Shown here: positions 17,554 to 26,930 of the stretch, one piece after another
How positions within the stretch are numbered: position 1 is the first letter of the stretch
Layout: every line of letters starts with the position of its first letter
Source: a virus
Taxonomy: Duplodnaviria > Caudoviricetes
Reading direction: 5' to 3' (one strand)
Virus record (IMG/VR): IMGVR_UViG_3300020043_004284
Span: 1 to 35,862 of that record
Length of the DNA: 35,862 nt
Notes under the pieces: model-generated
What the model was told of the DNA's origin: nothing
Database searches by the model: none
Seen by the model: only the letters and a program-made list of their open reading frames with translations
Program-made: the position numbers and the translations under genes

Positions 17554-19289
17554 ACCCTTGTTCCGATTAAGGTTACCTTTAATCCAGTCGCACCAGATGT
17601 ACCTACTTGGTCAATATCAACCGTAATTTCCGCATCATTAAGCAATAAAGAATCTGATATAACTGGTTGAGTAGTTGCAGTTGTTGTAGTTTTTTGAGTA
17701 TTATTAAAAGTTAATTTCGTAGATAAAACCGATGTTCCGCTTTCGTTTATATCAACAGTTAATAAACTGCCAGCAGATTGCGCAGTTGTTAGCGATGCTC
17801 TTACTTCTGTCAATGTCATTGCATATGGCATTCTGAATGTAACCTTTGCAGTTCCAGTTGTCAATGCCGTTACTTCATCCGATGCAGCTGCTTGTATTAC
17901 AGTTGGTAGGGCAGCAAATGTTCCATCGCCTCTAATATATTGTGATGTTGTTCCAGTTGGATTATCATACTTGCCATCAAATGTAACCCAATCTGCTGCG
18001 GTTAATAACCCCCTTGTGATAATATCTGCCGATGGGATATTGAATGTATGTGTATTTCCTACGGAATCAATAAACCAATCTCCAGATGCTTGATCTGCGC
18101 CAGTCTGGAAATATTGTACTTGTTCCGTTAGTCCATTAAGTGCCGTTAAACCAGTTGAAAATGTAGTTATAATTTGCGATAGGTTGCTATTCTCGGTGTG
18201 TAGAGTAATTGTCCTTCCGCTATTTGCAACATATATTCTGACAGCTAATCGGTCGGTTATGGTTAATATAGTTTCGGGAACTGCCAGTGCGCTAACATAT
18301 AATTCTGTTGTTGTCCCTTGAGTTATTGGCTGCGGATTTCCAGAATTAGATGCAATCAAAGAAAGTGTTGTTCCATTCCACTTATACAATTCCACGTAGA
18401 ATGATGGGCTTCCACCGCTTGAAGATGCCGAAAAATAGGTTTCAAAATTCCAATTACCTGCTGGAATTAATAATTGATTTGGATCGCCTGCATCAGTTAT
18501 GAATGATTCAATATAACCATCAGCATTTATGGAAAAATCAGTACCTACTCCCAAGATTGGCGTTTTGCTCATTTCTTTAAAAGCAATTCCACCAAATGTA
18601 CCTTGCGATACAGACCCATTGAGATAATAACTAACACTTGAACCGCCACCACTTGATGCAGGGAATGTAGCTAATACACCATCTCCTCGAATGTACTGCG
18701 ATGCCGTTCCAATTGCCGTTACATCTAATGAACCACTGGTTGTAATAGGACTGTTTGCAACATTAAATGCTGATGGCATAGTTAATGCAACAGAGGTTAC
18801 TGTTCCACTTCCACTACCACCACCAACTAACGCAGTTCCATCAGCACGCTGATATGCCACACATCGCCAGTTACCACTGCCCTCTGAAACCATAAATGCC
18901 GTATCATTGATAGCCGTTACAATATTGGCAGCCGTTGGCAAGATTAGACTTATAGCATTGTGAGTTAGCGTTAAAGAATCATCAAAAACAAGCACAAACC
19001 TCGCACCAGCTTGCACAGTATCAAATCCAAGAATTGTTACGCTTCCAGTTATGTGAACCAGATTGCCATCGGCAGTTGATAAGGTAACTGTATTAGCAGA
19101 AGGCTTAGAACTGGATCTATTTTCCAGCATAACCGCCTCCAGACTGCTGGCATCCTTAGAAGTCAAGAATGAATCAATCGTGTTGGTGTTGTAAGTACGA
19201 TGCAATGCTGGCGTAATAAGTCCAGATGTGTTATCTGTAAACGTGGAACTGGAAGCCGAAGCAAGGGCCGATTTATTGATATTTGCCAT
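17550..19289 (-). CDS. Tail fibre protein (modular)
   Basis: 579 aa, S/T/G-rich, GTVTSV motif, two GTxSQYIRGDG repeats. Confidence 0.75.
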   Translation of the reverse strand: MANINKSALASASSSTFTDNTSGLITPALHRTYNTNTIDSFLTSKDASSLEAVMLENRSSSKPSANTVTLSTADGNLVHITGSVTILGFDTVQAGARFVLVFDDSLTLTHNAISLILPTAANIVTAINDTAFMVSEGSGNWRCVAYQRADGTALVGGGSGSGTVTSVALTMPSAFNVANSPITTSGSLDVTAIGTASQYIRGDGVLATFPASSGGGSSVSYYLNGSVSQGTFGGIAFKEMSKTPILGVGTDFSINADGYIESFITDAGDPNQLLIPAGNWNFETYFSASSSGGSPSFYVELYKWNGTTLSLIASNSGNPQPITQGTTTELYVSALAVPETILTITDRLAVRIYVANSGRTITLHTENSNLSQIITTFSTGLTALNGLTEQVQYFQTGADQASGDWFIDSVGNTHTFNIPSADIITRGLLTAADWVTFDGKYDNPTGTTSQYIRGDGTFAALPTVIQAAASDEVTALTTGTAKVTFRMPYAMTLTEVRASLTTAQSAGSLLTVDINESGTSVLSTKLTFNNTQKTTTTATTQPVISDSLLLNDAEITVDIDQVGTSGATGLKVTLIGTRV

Positions 19290-19295
19290 AGTTAT

Positions 19296-21521
19296 TTATT
19301 CGAATCCATCTGAATAACCATCGGAATACGGTCGGCCAGTTGGTAGAGTTTTGTTTGCCAAAATTAATGTAAACTTAGTTGTACCCCCAGAATTATCTTC
19401 TGGTTTATTGGATGAAGATTGAATGAAACCTAATCCGTTAAAACTTCCAGATGTAACGGAAACGCAGCCATTGCCGGGATCGCCCATCGTGATGAATCCG
19501 CATAAATCTTGTGGGTATTCAAATTCTAATCCGATTGGCTTAAATATATAATCTTGAAAAGCTGGTTGAAGAACATCTTTTGAAATGTCCATATTTTCTG
19601 CTAATACTTCGCCTTGTATTTCTTCAAGACAACTGGATATAATCTCACTGGAATAAGTAGTAAAATATTCGCCTACTTGAAAAAATAACTTTGCATCGGT
19701 AGCTGCAAGACCGTAAGTGTGCATACCAAGCATTTTCCACCATCGGATAGCGTTCCGCATTGGTGTTAATGGGATATTGTAAATTCTGCCAATTGGGCCA
19801 TTACTGACAGCTATAAAGTTACTCCCATAGCTAACTGATGCAGGAGCGAATGTTATTTCGCCAGTTTCATCTGGTAACTGATATCCAGAATTGGTAACAT
19901 CAAAGGTAATCTCACCAGAATTTAGCGCAATTATAAATGTTTCGTAATCATTTGGTCGGTCAGAAGATCCAGAATCATCAACCAAAAACTGCAATCGCCT
20001 ACTAAATTCAATGGCATAACCAGAGGCAATAATATCAGACCGTAAGTCCAATTTTGATGTGCTGCCTCTGCTCATTGCCTTATTCTTGACAAAGTAATTT
20101 CGCTCAGTATGGATTTCAAATATTCCAGAAACGGCAATATTTTTCCATATATCAGAATAGCCGACAATAATATTATTAACTAAGTCATCCGTTAGTGCAT
20201 ATTGTCTTATATCTCCTGCATTCTCAAATGAAGCCATTAGGTTCATCTGGTAGAAATAATCAACTGGTTCAATGCGAATTTTCCAACTAAGGTCTGGCTG
20301 TTGTTCATATTGCCAGCCAAGACAGAATATTTTACTTAAATCTTCAAATGTCTTTTTAAAGCTGGTTTTTATGGATGGATTTGATTGGTCAATTAATTGA
20401 CCATTTCGAATGTAAAGACCAGTTGTTAATAAATTAGCCCATTCACATCCAGAATTTGGCTCAAAATAATCTGAAATTATTGAATTAGATTGACCAGTTA
20501 AAATATAGACTATTCTTTGAAGATAATCTTTAATTAGTAACCCTTTTGCAGTTGATGCATAAGCAGTTGAATTTAATTCTGTTATTCTTAAAGTATTTTC
20601 CTTAAAGAATGTCATCGTATATCCGCTGATATTGGCTTCCATCGATACACCATATGATATCCGATAGCCAACTGGTATTGTTATATCCTGCGACCAAGTG
20701 AAATCATAATTTCTGGTTTGATTGTGCGGAATTAATGGTATTGTAAACAATGTATAGGTAGTATCCAATGTACCACCAGCATTAAGAAGACTGATGAAAA
20801 CAACCCCACCATATGAATTTACTGGATGGTTGTTGGTCATTGAAAATACAGATCGACCAGAAAAACTTAAAGTCCTTGTAGAATCTGCATTGTTCTGAAA
20901 TATTACGTTTGTTGGTGTAAAATAACTGCCAATTGGATCAAATGTATTTCCAAAAAGTCCATTAAAATCTGAGTTTCTGAAATATACTGGAAATATTGGC
21001 TCAAAAGGAATACCAAAATTTAAAGTTTTATCATCATATTGAGATGCATCTCCCTGCAAAAATAATTCTTGACAATGCAACCGAGTTTCGTGAAGCGTTA
21101 CCGCAGGAATCGTATTTTGGTCAAGGTCTTTCATCGTTAGCAAATCAACTTCGACATCCATCCGAGCCTTGAATTTCTCTCGGAAATTGTCTTCAAGAAT
21201 GCCGACTGTAATCTCCCAGCTGTCTGTATCGCATACATTCTTTTCCGAATACATTGATAGATCAATATAGCCAAGATATGACCACGCTACGCCATTCGTA
21301 ATGACATCGGATTCGATTAGTAGCGTTATGTTGCCATTAATAAATTCCGCATCATATACGGCCTTTATGAGCCTTGCGCCTAATTCGTAGAATGTTAATT
21401 CAGTGCTGAATGGCTGATCCATTCCGTGCGATTCCATCCGTTTTGCGGTGAACTCAACACCATCCCAGCCAATAGGTTCTTCAACCTCAGTTGCATTTAA
21501 GTAGAATTTCCAACCTGCCAT
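19296..21521 (-). CDS. Tail tip/hub protein
   Basis: 741 aa immediately downstream of the tape measure gene. Confidence 0.6.
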   Translation of the reverse strand: MAGWKFYLNATEVEEPIGWDGVEFTAKRMESHGMDQPFSTELTFYELGARLIKAVYDAEFINGNITLLIESDVITNGVAWSYLGYIDLSMYSEKNVCDTDSWEITVGILEDNFREKFKARMDVEVDLLTMKDLDQNTIPAVTLHETRLHCQELFLQGDASQYDDKTLNFGIPFEPIFPVYFRNSDFNGLFGNTFDPIGSYFTPTNVIFQNNADSTRTLSFSGRSVFSMTNNHPVNSYGGVVFISLLNAGGTLDTTYTLFTIPLIPHNQTRNYDFTWSQDITIPVGYRISYGVSMEANISGYTMTFFKENTLRITELNSTAYASTAKGLLIKDYLQRIVYILTGQSNSIISDYFEPNSGCEWANLLTTGLYIRNGQLIDQSNPSIKTSFKKTFEDLSKIFCLGWQYEQQPDLSWKIRIEPVDYFYQMNLMASFENAGDIRQYALTDDLVNNIIVGYSDIWKNIAVSGIFEIHTERNYFVKNKAMSRGSTSKLDLRSDIIASGYAIEFSRRLQFLVDDSGSSDRPNDYETFIIALNSGEITFDVTNSGYQLPDETGEITFAPASVSYGSNFIAVSNGPIGRIYNIPLTPMRNAIRWWKMLGMHTYGLAATDAKLFFQVGEYFTTYSSEIISSCLEEIQGEVLAENMDISKDVLQPAFQDYIFKPIGLEFEYPQDLCGFITMGDPGNGCVSVTSGSFNGLGFIQSSSNKPEDNSGGTTKFTLILANKTLPTGRPYSDGYSDGFE

Positions 21522-21531
21522 AGATGCAATA

Positions 21532-21582
21532 TTACAAAAAAAACCCTCAAAAAATCTGAGGGTCTTTTACATTTTAAACCAA
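21532..21582 (-). terminator. Terminator plus promoter unit downstream of the TMP gene (repeat copy A)
   Basis: Minus strand: ACCCTC..GAGGGT hairpin, T8, then TAATATTG. Confidence 0.75.
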
Positions 21583-21598
21583 GAAAAAAAATCAAACT

Positions 21599-24040
21599 CT
21601 ATCTATGTGAAGGGAATCTATTATTGAGTATTTTGGTTGTTCGCTTTTCGGTTCGGATAAATTTCTGGAATCCCTGCTCATCCATCTGGATCTGATGAAT
21701 CGGCAGCCCTTTCAAAATTGTGCCTATCTCGCTGAGTTGGCCAGATACAGATGAACCACCGTTCTTTGCGCCTCCTCTGGCATAACTGGATGCCATAAAC
21801 AGTTCCTCTTTACCTAATAGATGGTTCGGGATTACCTGCGAGCCAGCAGGTAGGTCGAGTAATGTTGCGGTCGGTGGTGTATAATATACCTTGCCAGATT
21901 CGGTAACTACTCGCTCTGTGCCTCGCTCTCCTACAATGGCCTTGCCTCCTTTGTGGGCTTTGCCTTTGGTTCCTTCTGCGTATTCTGGAACTGGTTGAGC
22001 CAAGATGAATGCAGTCTGTACGGCTGCACTTGCAAGGGCCATTGCTGCAAGTGGTGCAAGGACACCAGTCGCAATATACTCTGCAATGATTGGCGCAGTT
22101 CTGAACACTACCTGCGCTACGGCTGCGGCTTGTTCTGCCTTAAACTTAGCGATTCGTATTTCCTTTTCCTTTGCTGCTCGCTTCTCGTCAATCTCGGTTA
22201 GCTTTTGAACATTATCGCCAGCAAGTCGCTTTTCTTCATCAAATCGAGCGTTAGCAGCAGCCATTTCTTGGTCAAGATTAGCGGTGTATAAATCGGTAAA
22301 TCCTTGGTAGGCCTGCGCTGCAAGTTCAACACCTGCAAGGATGACTGCAATTTTTTCATCTTGGATTCGTTTAATTTCATTGAGCATATCTTGCTCACTG
22401 GCTTTAGTTGATTCAACCTCGACCATTTTTAAATTATTCCTTGCATCAATCCCTGCTTTTGCTGATGCGGTTTTTTCTTTTTCTGCTGCTTCTGCAAATT
22501 CCTTTGAATTTTTATAAGTAGACAATGTCATCGAGGCATTAGCCATTTCAAGTTCTTTGTTTGTCTTGGTATTCTCGGCCACTTGGATGCCTAAATTTTC
22601 CTTTGCCTTTATAACTCCCATATCAGAATACATTGCATCGATTCTGGCTCGTTCTTTTCCGTATCGGTTTGCAAATGCAAGTTTTTGTTCTTCAACTACT
22701 GCGCCTTTTTGACCGAGCAGTGAAGTTTCAAGTTGAAGTTTGGCAATCTTTTCATCGATTTCAAATTGCTTCACCTTGGCTTCGTATTGCTTAGTTAATG
22801 CCTTCATATTTTCTTCTGAGGCTGCCGATGCTGCTTTTGCTGCTAAGGCTCTGGATTTAATTTCTTCATTGGATGCATCAATCTGAGCCTTTAATGATAA
22901 AACTATTTTTTTTGCTTCATCTAATTTTATTTCAGTTTGACCTTTACCAATATCCATTGCAATTCTATTTTCGGCCATAACTGCTTGCCGTGCTGCGATT
23001 TCTTCATTAGCCAATACTTGTAATTTCTTTACGTTATCCTCTTCAATCTTTAATCTATTGACTGCATTAGCTGCTACATACCCAACGGCTTCATCAGATA
23101 AGCCTTTCATTTTCTTGGAATAGACATTCATTTGAGTTCCAGAAAACTCGGTTGCCTTTTGTTCTTCGGTCTTAAATAAATCGTTAATGGTTGCAAGAAA
23201 TTCAGAGGTCATTCCAATTACTTTGGAAAACACTGGCCCAAGTCTATTGCCAATTGTGAGAAGGAAATTATCCCACGCATCTCCAAGATTTGAAATCTGA
23301 CCATCTAGGGTCTTGCTGATTGCATCCATTGAACCACTTACACCAATGGCATCTCCAAGCGATAGTACATACTGCTGGATAGCTGCGCTGGTCATCTTGG
23401 TTTGGGTTTCGACTCCCTTAAAAGTGAACTTGACATTATCTCCAGCTTTTTGCGCTCGGATGCCAAATTCTTTTAATCTTTCAAATTCTCCAGTCTGGGC
23501 ATCAATGATAGCTTCAGCTAGTTGGTCAAAAGACTTACCAGTCGAAGATGCAAGATCGCCTAGTTTGCGCATCTGGTCAGCCGTTGGTTTAAATCCAGCA
23601 TTGGCCAGCTTTACGAATGAGTTGGTAAGTTGCTCAACCGAGAATGGAGTTTTGGCTGCAAAGTCCTTTATCATTGTCATCGCAGCATTGGCAGCACTTG
23701 AAGAACCAAGCGAATTTGTAAGGACTGCGCTAAAGGTTTGAAACTTGCCAGTGATTTCCAGAACTGCCTTACCAAATGACATTAACTTATCTACGGCAAA
23801 ATAACCAGCAATAGCACCACCGACTTTATTAGCCATTTTTTCCATATCGCTGAATCCTTTACCAGCCTTTTCGGTAGCATTATCAGCTTTGGTTCCAGTC
23901 TGATCGAGTTCATTATTAAATTTTTTCAGAGCAGCGAGTGCATCCTGCTCTTCTTTGGTCAGATTATCGAACCCCTGCTGCGCCTTGCTAAGATCGCTGG
24001 TGTCGATGGTGTATTTAATCTTAATATCTGAAACGGCCAT
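21599..24040 (-). CDS. Tail tape measure protein
   Basis: 813 aa, Ala/Lys-rich helical; tape-measure domain 'FAAKTPF...QL...LGDLAS'; C-terminal 'AIVGERGTE'. Confidence 0.93.
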   Translation of the reverse strand: MAVSDIKIKYTIDTSDLSKAQQGFDNLTKEEQDALAALKKFNNELDQTGTKADNATEKAGKGFSDMEKMANKVGGAIAGYFAVDKLMSFGKAVLEITGKFQTFSAVLTNSLGSSSAANAAMTMIKDFAAKTPFSVEQLTNSFVKLANAGFKPTADQMRKLGDLASSTGKSFDQLAEAIIDAQTGEFERLKEFGIRAQKAGDNVKFTFKGVETQTKMTSAAIQQYVLSLGDAIGVSGSMDAISKTLDGQISNLGDAWDNFLLTIGNRLGPVFSKVIGMTSEFLATINDLFKTEEQKATEFSGTQMNVYSKKMKGLSDEAVGYVAANAVNRLKIEEDNVKKLQVLANEEIAARQAVMAENRIAMDIGKGQTEIKLDEAKKIVLSLKAQIDASNEEIKSRALAAKAASAASEENMKALTKQYEAKVKQFEIDEKIAKLQLETSLLGQKGAVVEEQKLAFANRYGKERARIDAMYSDMGVIKAKENLGIQVAENTKTNKELEMANASMTLSTYKNSKEFAEAAEKEKTASAKAGIDARNNLKMVEVESTKASEQDMLNEIKRIQDEKIAVILAGVELAAQAYQGFTDLYTANLDQEMAAANARFDEEKRLAGDNVQKLTEIDEKRAAKEKEIRIAKFKAEQAAAVAQVVFRTAPIIAEYIATGVLAPLAAMALASAAVQTAFILAQPVPEYAEGTKGKAHKGGKAIVGERGTERVVTESGKVYYTPPTATLLDLPAGSQVIPNHLLGKEELFMASSYARGGAKNGGSSVSGQLSEIGTILKGLPIHQIQMDEQGFQKFIRTEKRTTKILNNRFPSHR

Positions 24041-24062
24041 AGTCGATTGAGTTTTTACAAAC

Positions 24063-24112
24063 TTACAAAAAAAACCCTCCGAATATCAGAGGGTCTTTTA
24101 TTAGTAAACCAA
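24063..24112 (-). terminator. Terminator plus promoter unit upstream of the TMP gene (repeat copy B)
   Basis: Same hairpin and T8, followed by TAAGTTTG. Confidence 0.75.
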
Positions 24113-24118
24113 TTGTAA

Positions 24119-24406
24119 TCACTTCAACTCTTTCTTTCTTTTCATCTCTTTGAGCCAGTAGGTATAATTCAAATAGTATTCATATACTGGCAGTTCTAAA
24201 AGGTATTTAACTCGTTCAACTCTGCTATCTGCGACAACATAGATTTCTTCAAATCTTCGTTTAAATCGCTGGAGGGCAAATTGGAAATAATATGATTCAG
24301 TAGGTTGATTTGATTTTTGCTTTCGGCCGCCAAATAGGTCTGAAAATTCTTGTTCAATTCGGTGGTTGAGGGCATAAATCCGTAATCCGGCAGATTCAAA
24401 AAAAAA
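24119..24406 (-). CDS. -1 frameshift extension of the tail assembly chaperone (gpGT-like)
   Basis: The -1 frame is open for 95 codons from the T9 run to the TGA at 24121-24119, closed by a TAA just upstream, with no ATG near its start. Confidence 0.8.
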   Translation of the reverse strand, partial: FFFESAGLRIYALNHRIEQEFSDLFGGRKQKSNQPTESYYFQFALQRFKRRFEEIYVVADSRVERVKYLLELPVYEYYLNYTYWLKEMKRKKELK

Positions 24407-24945
24407 CCATCTATATCGTTATTCTGCAACCAAGTCTTTATCTTGGCTTGGTTGTATGGATGCTGGTAATCTAATGGGTTTTCCTGCTCGTCAAAGTACA
24501 ATACCGATGCCAACTTCAACTGGCGAACTAGCGAGTAAGATAGTTCCATCTGTTCCTTTAACCGATGGGCCAAGATGCCAATCTCATACAGCTTCTTTTC
24601 TGGCTTGATTTTGTCGCTAACAATTACACCAATCAGCGATTCATTCCAGCCTCGCAGCGTGTTAGGGCTTATCTGCCACAGTTCTTCTGTTAGTATATCC
24701 CTCGCAGCCATAGCCCTCTGGAATGGTATATTAACTTCAGCCGAAAACTTGAAGTAATTGACACCGCCAGAAGTGAAGGCATATTCTATCTGGTCATACC
24801 TATCCTTTGGCGCATTGCCGTTGTATCGGATTTTGCTAGGGTCGAGCGTATCAATATCAATATCTACTCCCAGTTCTGGAAGTGATTTCGTAGGCTCACT
24901 AATAGCGTCAATGCTACGTGATTTATTCCAAGGCCAACTAAACAT
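24196..24945 (-). CDS. Tail assembly chaperone (gpG-like)
   Basis: 249 aa directly upstream of the TMP gene; contains GGT TTT TTT TTG. Confidence 0.75.
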   Translation of the reverse strand: MFSWPWNKSRSIDAISEPTKSLPELGVDIDIDTLDPSKIRYNGNAPKDRYDQIEYAFTSGGVNYFKFSAEVNIPFQRAMAARDILTEELWQISPNTLRGWNESLIGVIVSDKIKPEKKLYEIGILAHRLKEQMELSYSLVRQLKLASVLYFDEQENPLDYQHPYNQAKIKTWLQNNDIDGFFLNLPDYGFMPSTTELNKNFQTYLAAESKNQINLLNHIISNLPSSDLNEDLKKSMLSQIAELNELNTF

Positions 24946-25199
24946 ATTATAATTTCTTGATTAAAATAAAAGTAAGACAGAAAAAGATATTGCCAAGCGC
25001 CAGAGCAATACACACACTCACCTAATGGCTTTGCGATGTTTTCTGGTAGCTTTTGGATTTGTGTTAGATACCACTGCCCAAGCGGATGGTGTTCCATCAG
25101 ATAATCGATGAACAAGGAAAGTGAAGCCGTTGAAATCGCTACCAGCGTCATCAGTAATAATGCAGCAACCCCTGCGCTTACCTCCACAATTTGCATCAT
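24864..25199 (-). CDS. Membrane protein with CxxC (DUF1360-like)
   Basis: Hydrophobic helices and PLGECVYCSGAW. Confidence 0.65.
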   Translation of the reverse strand: MMQIVEVSAGVAALLLMTLVAISTASLSLFIDYLMEHHPLGQWYLTQIQKLPENIAKPLGECVYCSGAWQYLFLSYFYFNQEIIICLVGLGINHVALTLLVSLRNHFQNWE

Positions 25200-25210
25200 A
25201 ATTTTTCATT

Positions 25211-25603
25211 TTAAATAACTGGAATAGTTGAATTAAATACGTTCAGAAAGGTAGCCGTTTCTTCGGTAATTGTTGCAGCGAATACAAATAAAATCGAAGT
25301 ATAAGTCTGGCCATCCATAGCGATAAACTCAACCGCATATTCTGGCTGGTCTGCATTGAAGAACTGAAGCTGAAACGTGCCAGCGTAAGCGTTAAAAAAA
25401 CTGGGTGGGTAGTTGGTCAATGGTATAGCAATCCAGCCGTCTACGATTGTCAATGCGCTAACTACTCGCACTCTGTTGGCCTTGCGAATCCTTACCTTGA
25501 TGGTAGGATCTGCCCAGCCGATTGGCACTTTAACGTAGAAGAACTCGGCACAAGCTGCCAGAGGTTCGCAGACTGAATAATTATTCTCGCAGCATATTTC
25601 CAT
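25211..25603 (-). CDS. Hypothetical (probably virion) protein with a Cys-rich N-terminus
   Basis: 130 aa, MEICC...C...C, beta-rich. Confidence 0.65.
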   Translation of the reverse strand: MEICCENNYSVCEPLAACAEFFYVKVPIGWADPTIKVRIRKANRVRVVSALTIVDGWIAIPLTNYPPSFFNAYAGTFQLQFFNADQPEYAVEFIAMDGQTYTSILFVFAATITEETATFLNVFNSTIPVI

Positions 25604-26930
25604 TGAATTTTTCTAGATTAAAGTTCCCACTGATTTCTGCAAAATTAGAAAAAATAAAGTAACGAAACGCATCTAGTGCGTGAGATTTATCTGGATTTTT
25701 ATTCTTCCAAGGATCTATACTACCCTTGCGGTCTACCTTGGCTTCTTTGAGGTCCGTAATCAGCATTTCACAGCTTATTTGGCTGATTTGAATCTTGGCC
25801 TTCTGGAATACTAGAATGCTGACCAGTCGGCTCGCAATATGGCTAGGGTTAGCCCTTGGAACTTGAATCTGCATTGGATTTATGCCTAGGTAGTTCACGA
25901 TTAACTGGTAGGCCGTGAGATTGTCCTGCGTGAATGCGTTACGATTTCCACCAGAGGCATCTCCATTTATGACATAGGTCATATTTGGATATTCGGCTCG
26001 TAAGGTTTGGCAGAGTGATGCTAGGTCGCCAATGCGATATACCTTGATTACGTTGATGGTAGCGTAGTATTGTGATTCCTCGCTATTCTTCTGGTACTGG
26101 CAAACGATGCAGGTATTTGTTACGTTAAAGTCAAACGCTAGATACAACGGCAGCGATGGCAAGGCTTTAATCGTTCCATTAACAGTGTGCAGGTTGTAAT
26201 CAAATGAGGTCAAGAATAACGATTCCCGATCCCATACACCCCAATGGCCAAGGGCATAAACCTCGTAGTAAGTCTGGTTCACTTGCTTTAAGGCTTCCAT
26301 TCGTACCGGATACTGTTCATCAAGAAACGGCAGCGCATCCAGATAAGTACCGTGTAAGGTCAGCACCGAACTTTTCTCGGCCTCTGGTACATCGTCAAAG
26401 AATCGTTTCTTAATCCAATGGCTATCGCTGACTGGGTTAAAGGTTAAGAAGAACCGCTTTGGACTAGTAGACTTACCTCGCAGTCGCAGAGTAATCTGGG
26501 TGAAGTCATCGAGGCTCAACTCGGTGGCTTCTTCAATCCAAATATACTTTGCTTGACTTAACGATTTGAGTTTTTCTGGGTCATCGCAGCCGAGAAAAAC
26601 AATCTTGTTTGTTCCAGATACGATTTCAAGGTAGCCGGGTCGGACTCGCAGCATTCCATCAATACCCCAGTCAGAAACCTTATTTTTAAAGTCAGCAAAT
26701 ACGGAGTTTCTTAGCGTTGCAGCTACCTTACGAATTACAAAGTAGGTCTGATTCTGGTTGGCTTTGTGGTTGCAGATTTCAGCCAAAAATAGCTGAATCA
26801 TTGTCTGGCTCTTCCCGGATCCTGCGCCTCCCCATAGTACGTTATACGTTCTTGGACTATGTACGGCTTGCAGATATTTATTCTGCCAAAGGTTAGGATT
26901 ACTTAAATCAACTTTCATCGGTTGCCTCAC
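25581..26930 (-). CDS. terL: Terminase large subunit (PBSX/SPP1-like)
   Basis: Walker A GGAGSGKS, Walker B YIWIEEA, TFNP, nuclease AFDFN...SHALDAFRY. Confidence 0.96.
   Translation of the reverse strand: MRQPMKVDLSNPNLWQNKYLQAVHSPRTYNVLWGGAGSGKSQTMIQLFLAEICNHKANQNQTYFVIRKVAATLRNSVFADFKNKVSDWGIDGMLRVRPGYLEIVSGTNKIVFLGCDDPEKLKSLSQAKYIWIEEATELSLDDFTQITLRLRGKSTSPKRFFLTFNPVSDSHWIKKRFFDDVPEAEKSSVLTLHGTYLDALPFLDEQYPVRMEALKQVNQTYYEVYALGHWGVWDRESLFLTSFDYNLHTVNGTIKALPSLPLYLAFDFNVTNTCIVCQYQKNSEESQYYATINVIKVYRIGDLASLCQTLRAEYPNMTYVINGDASGGNRNAFTQDNLTAYQLIVNYLGINPMQIQVPRANPSHIASRLVSILVFQKAKIQISQISCEMLITDLKEAKVDRKGSIDPWKNKNPDKSHALDAFRYFIFSNFAEISGNFNLEKFNGNMLRE

Noticed and set aside
4506-24093. 19-bp inverted repeat as an invertible segment
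   Set aside because: No site-specific recombinase is encoded, and both copies are explained as terminators.
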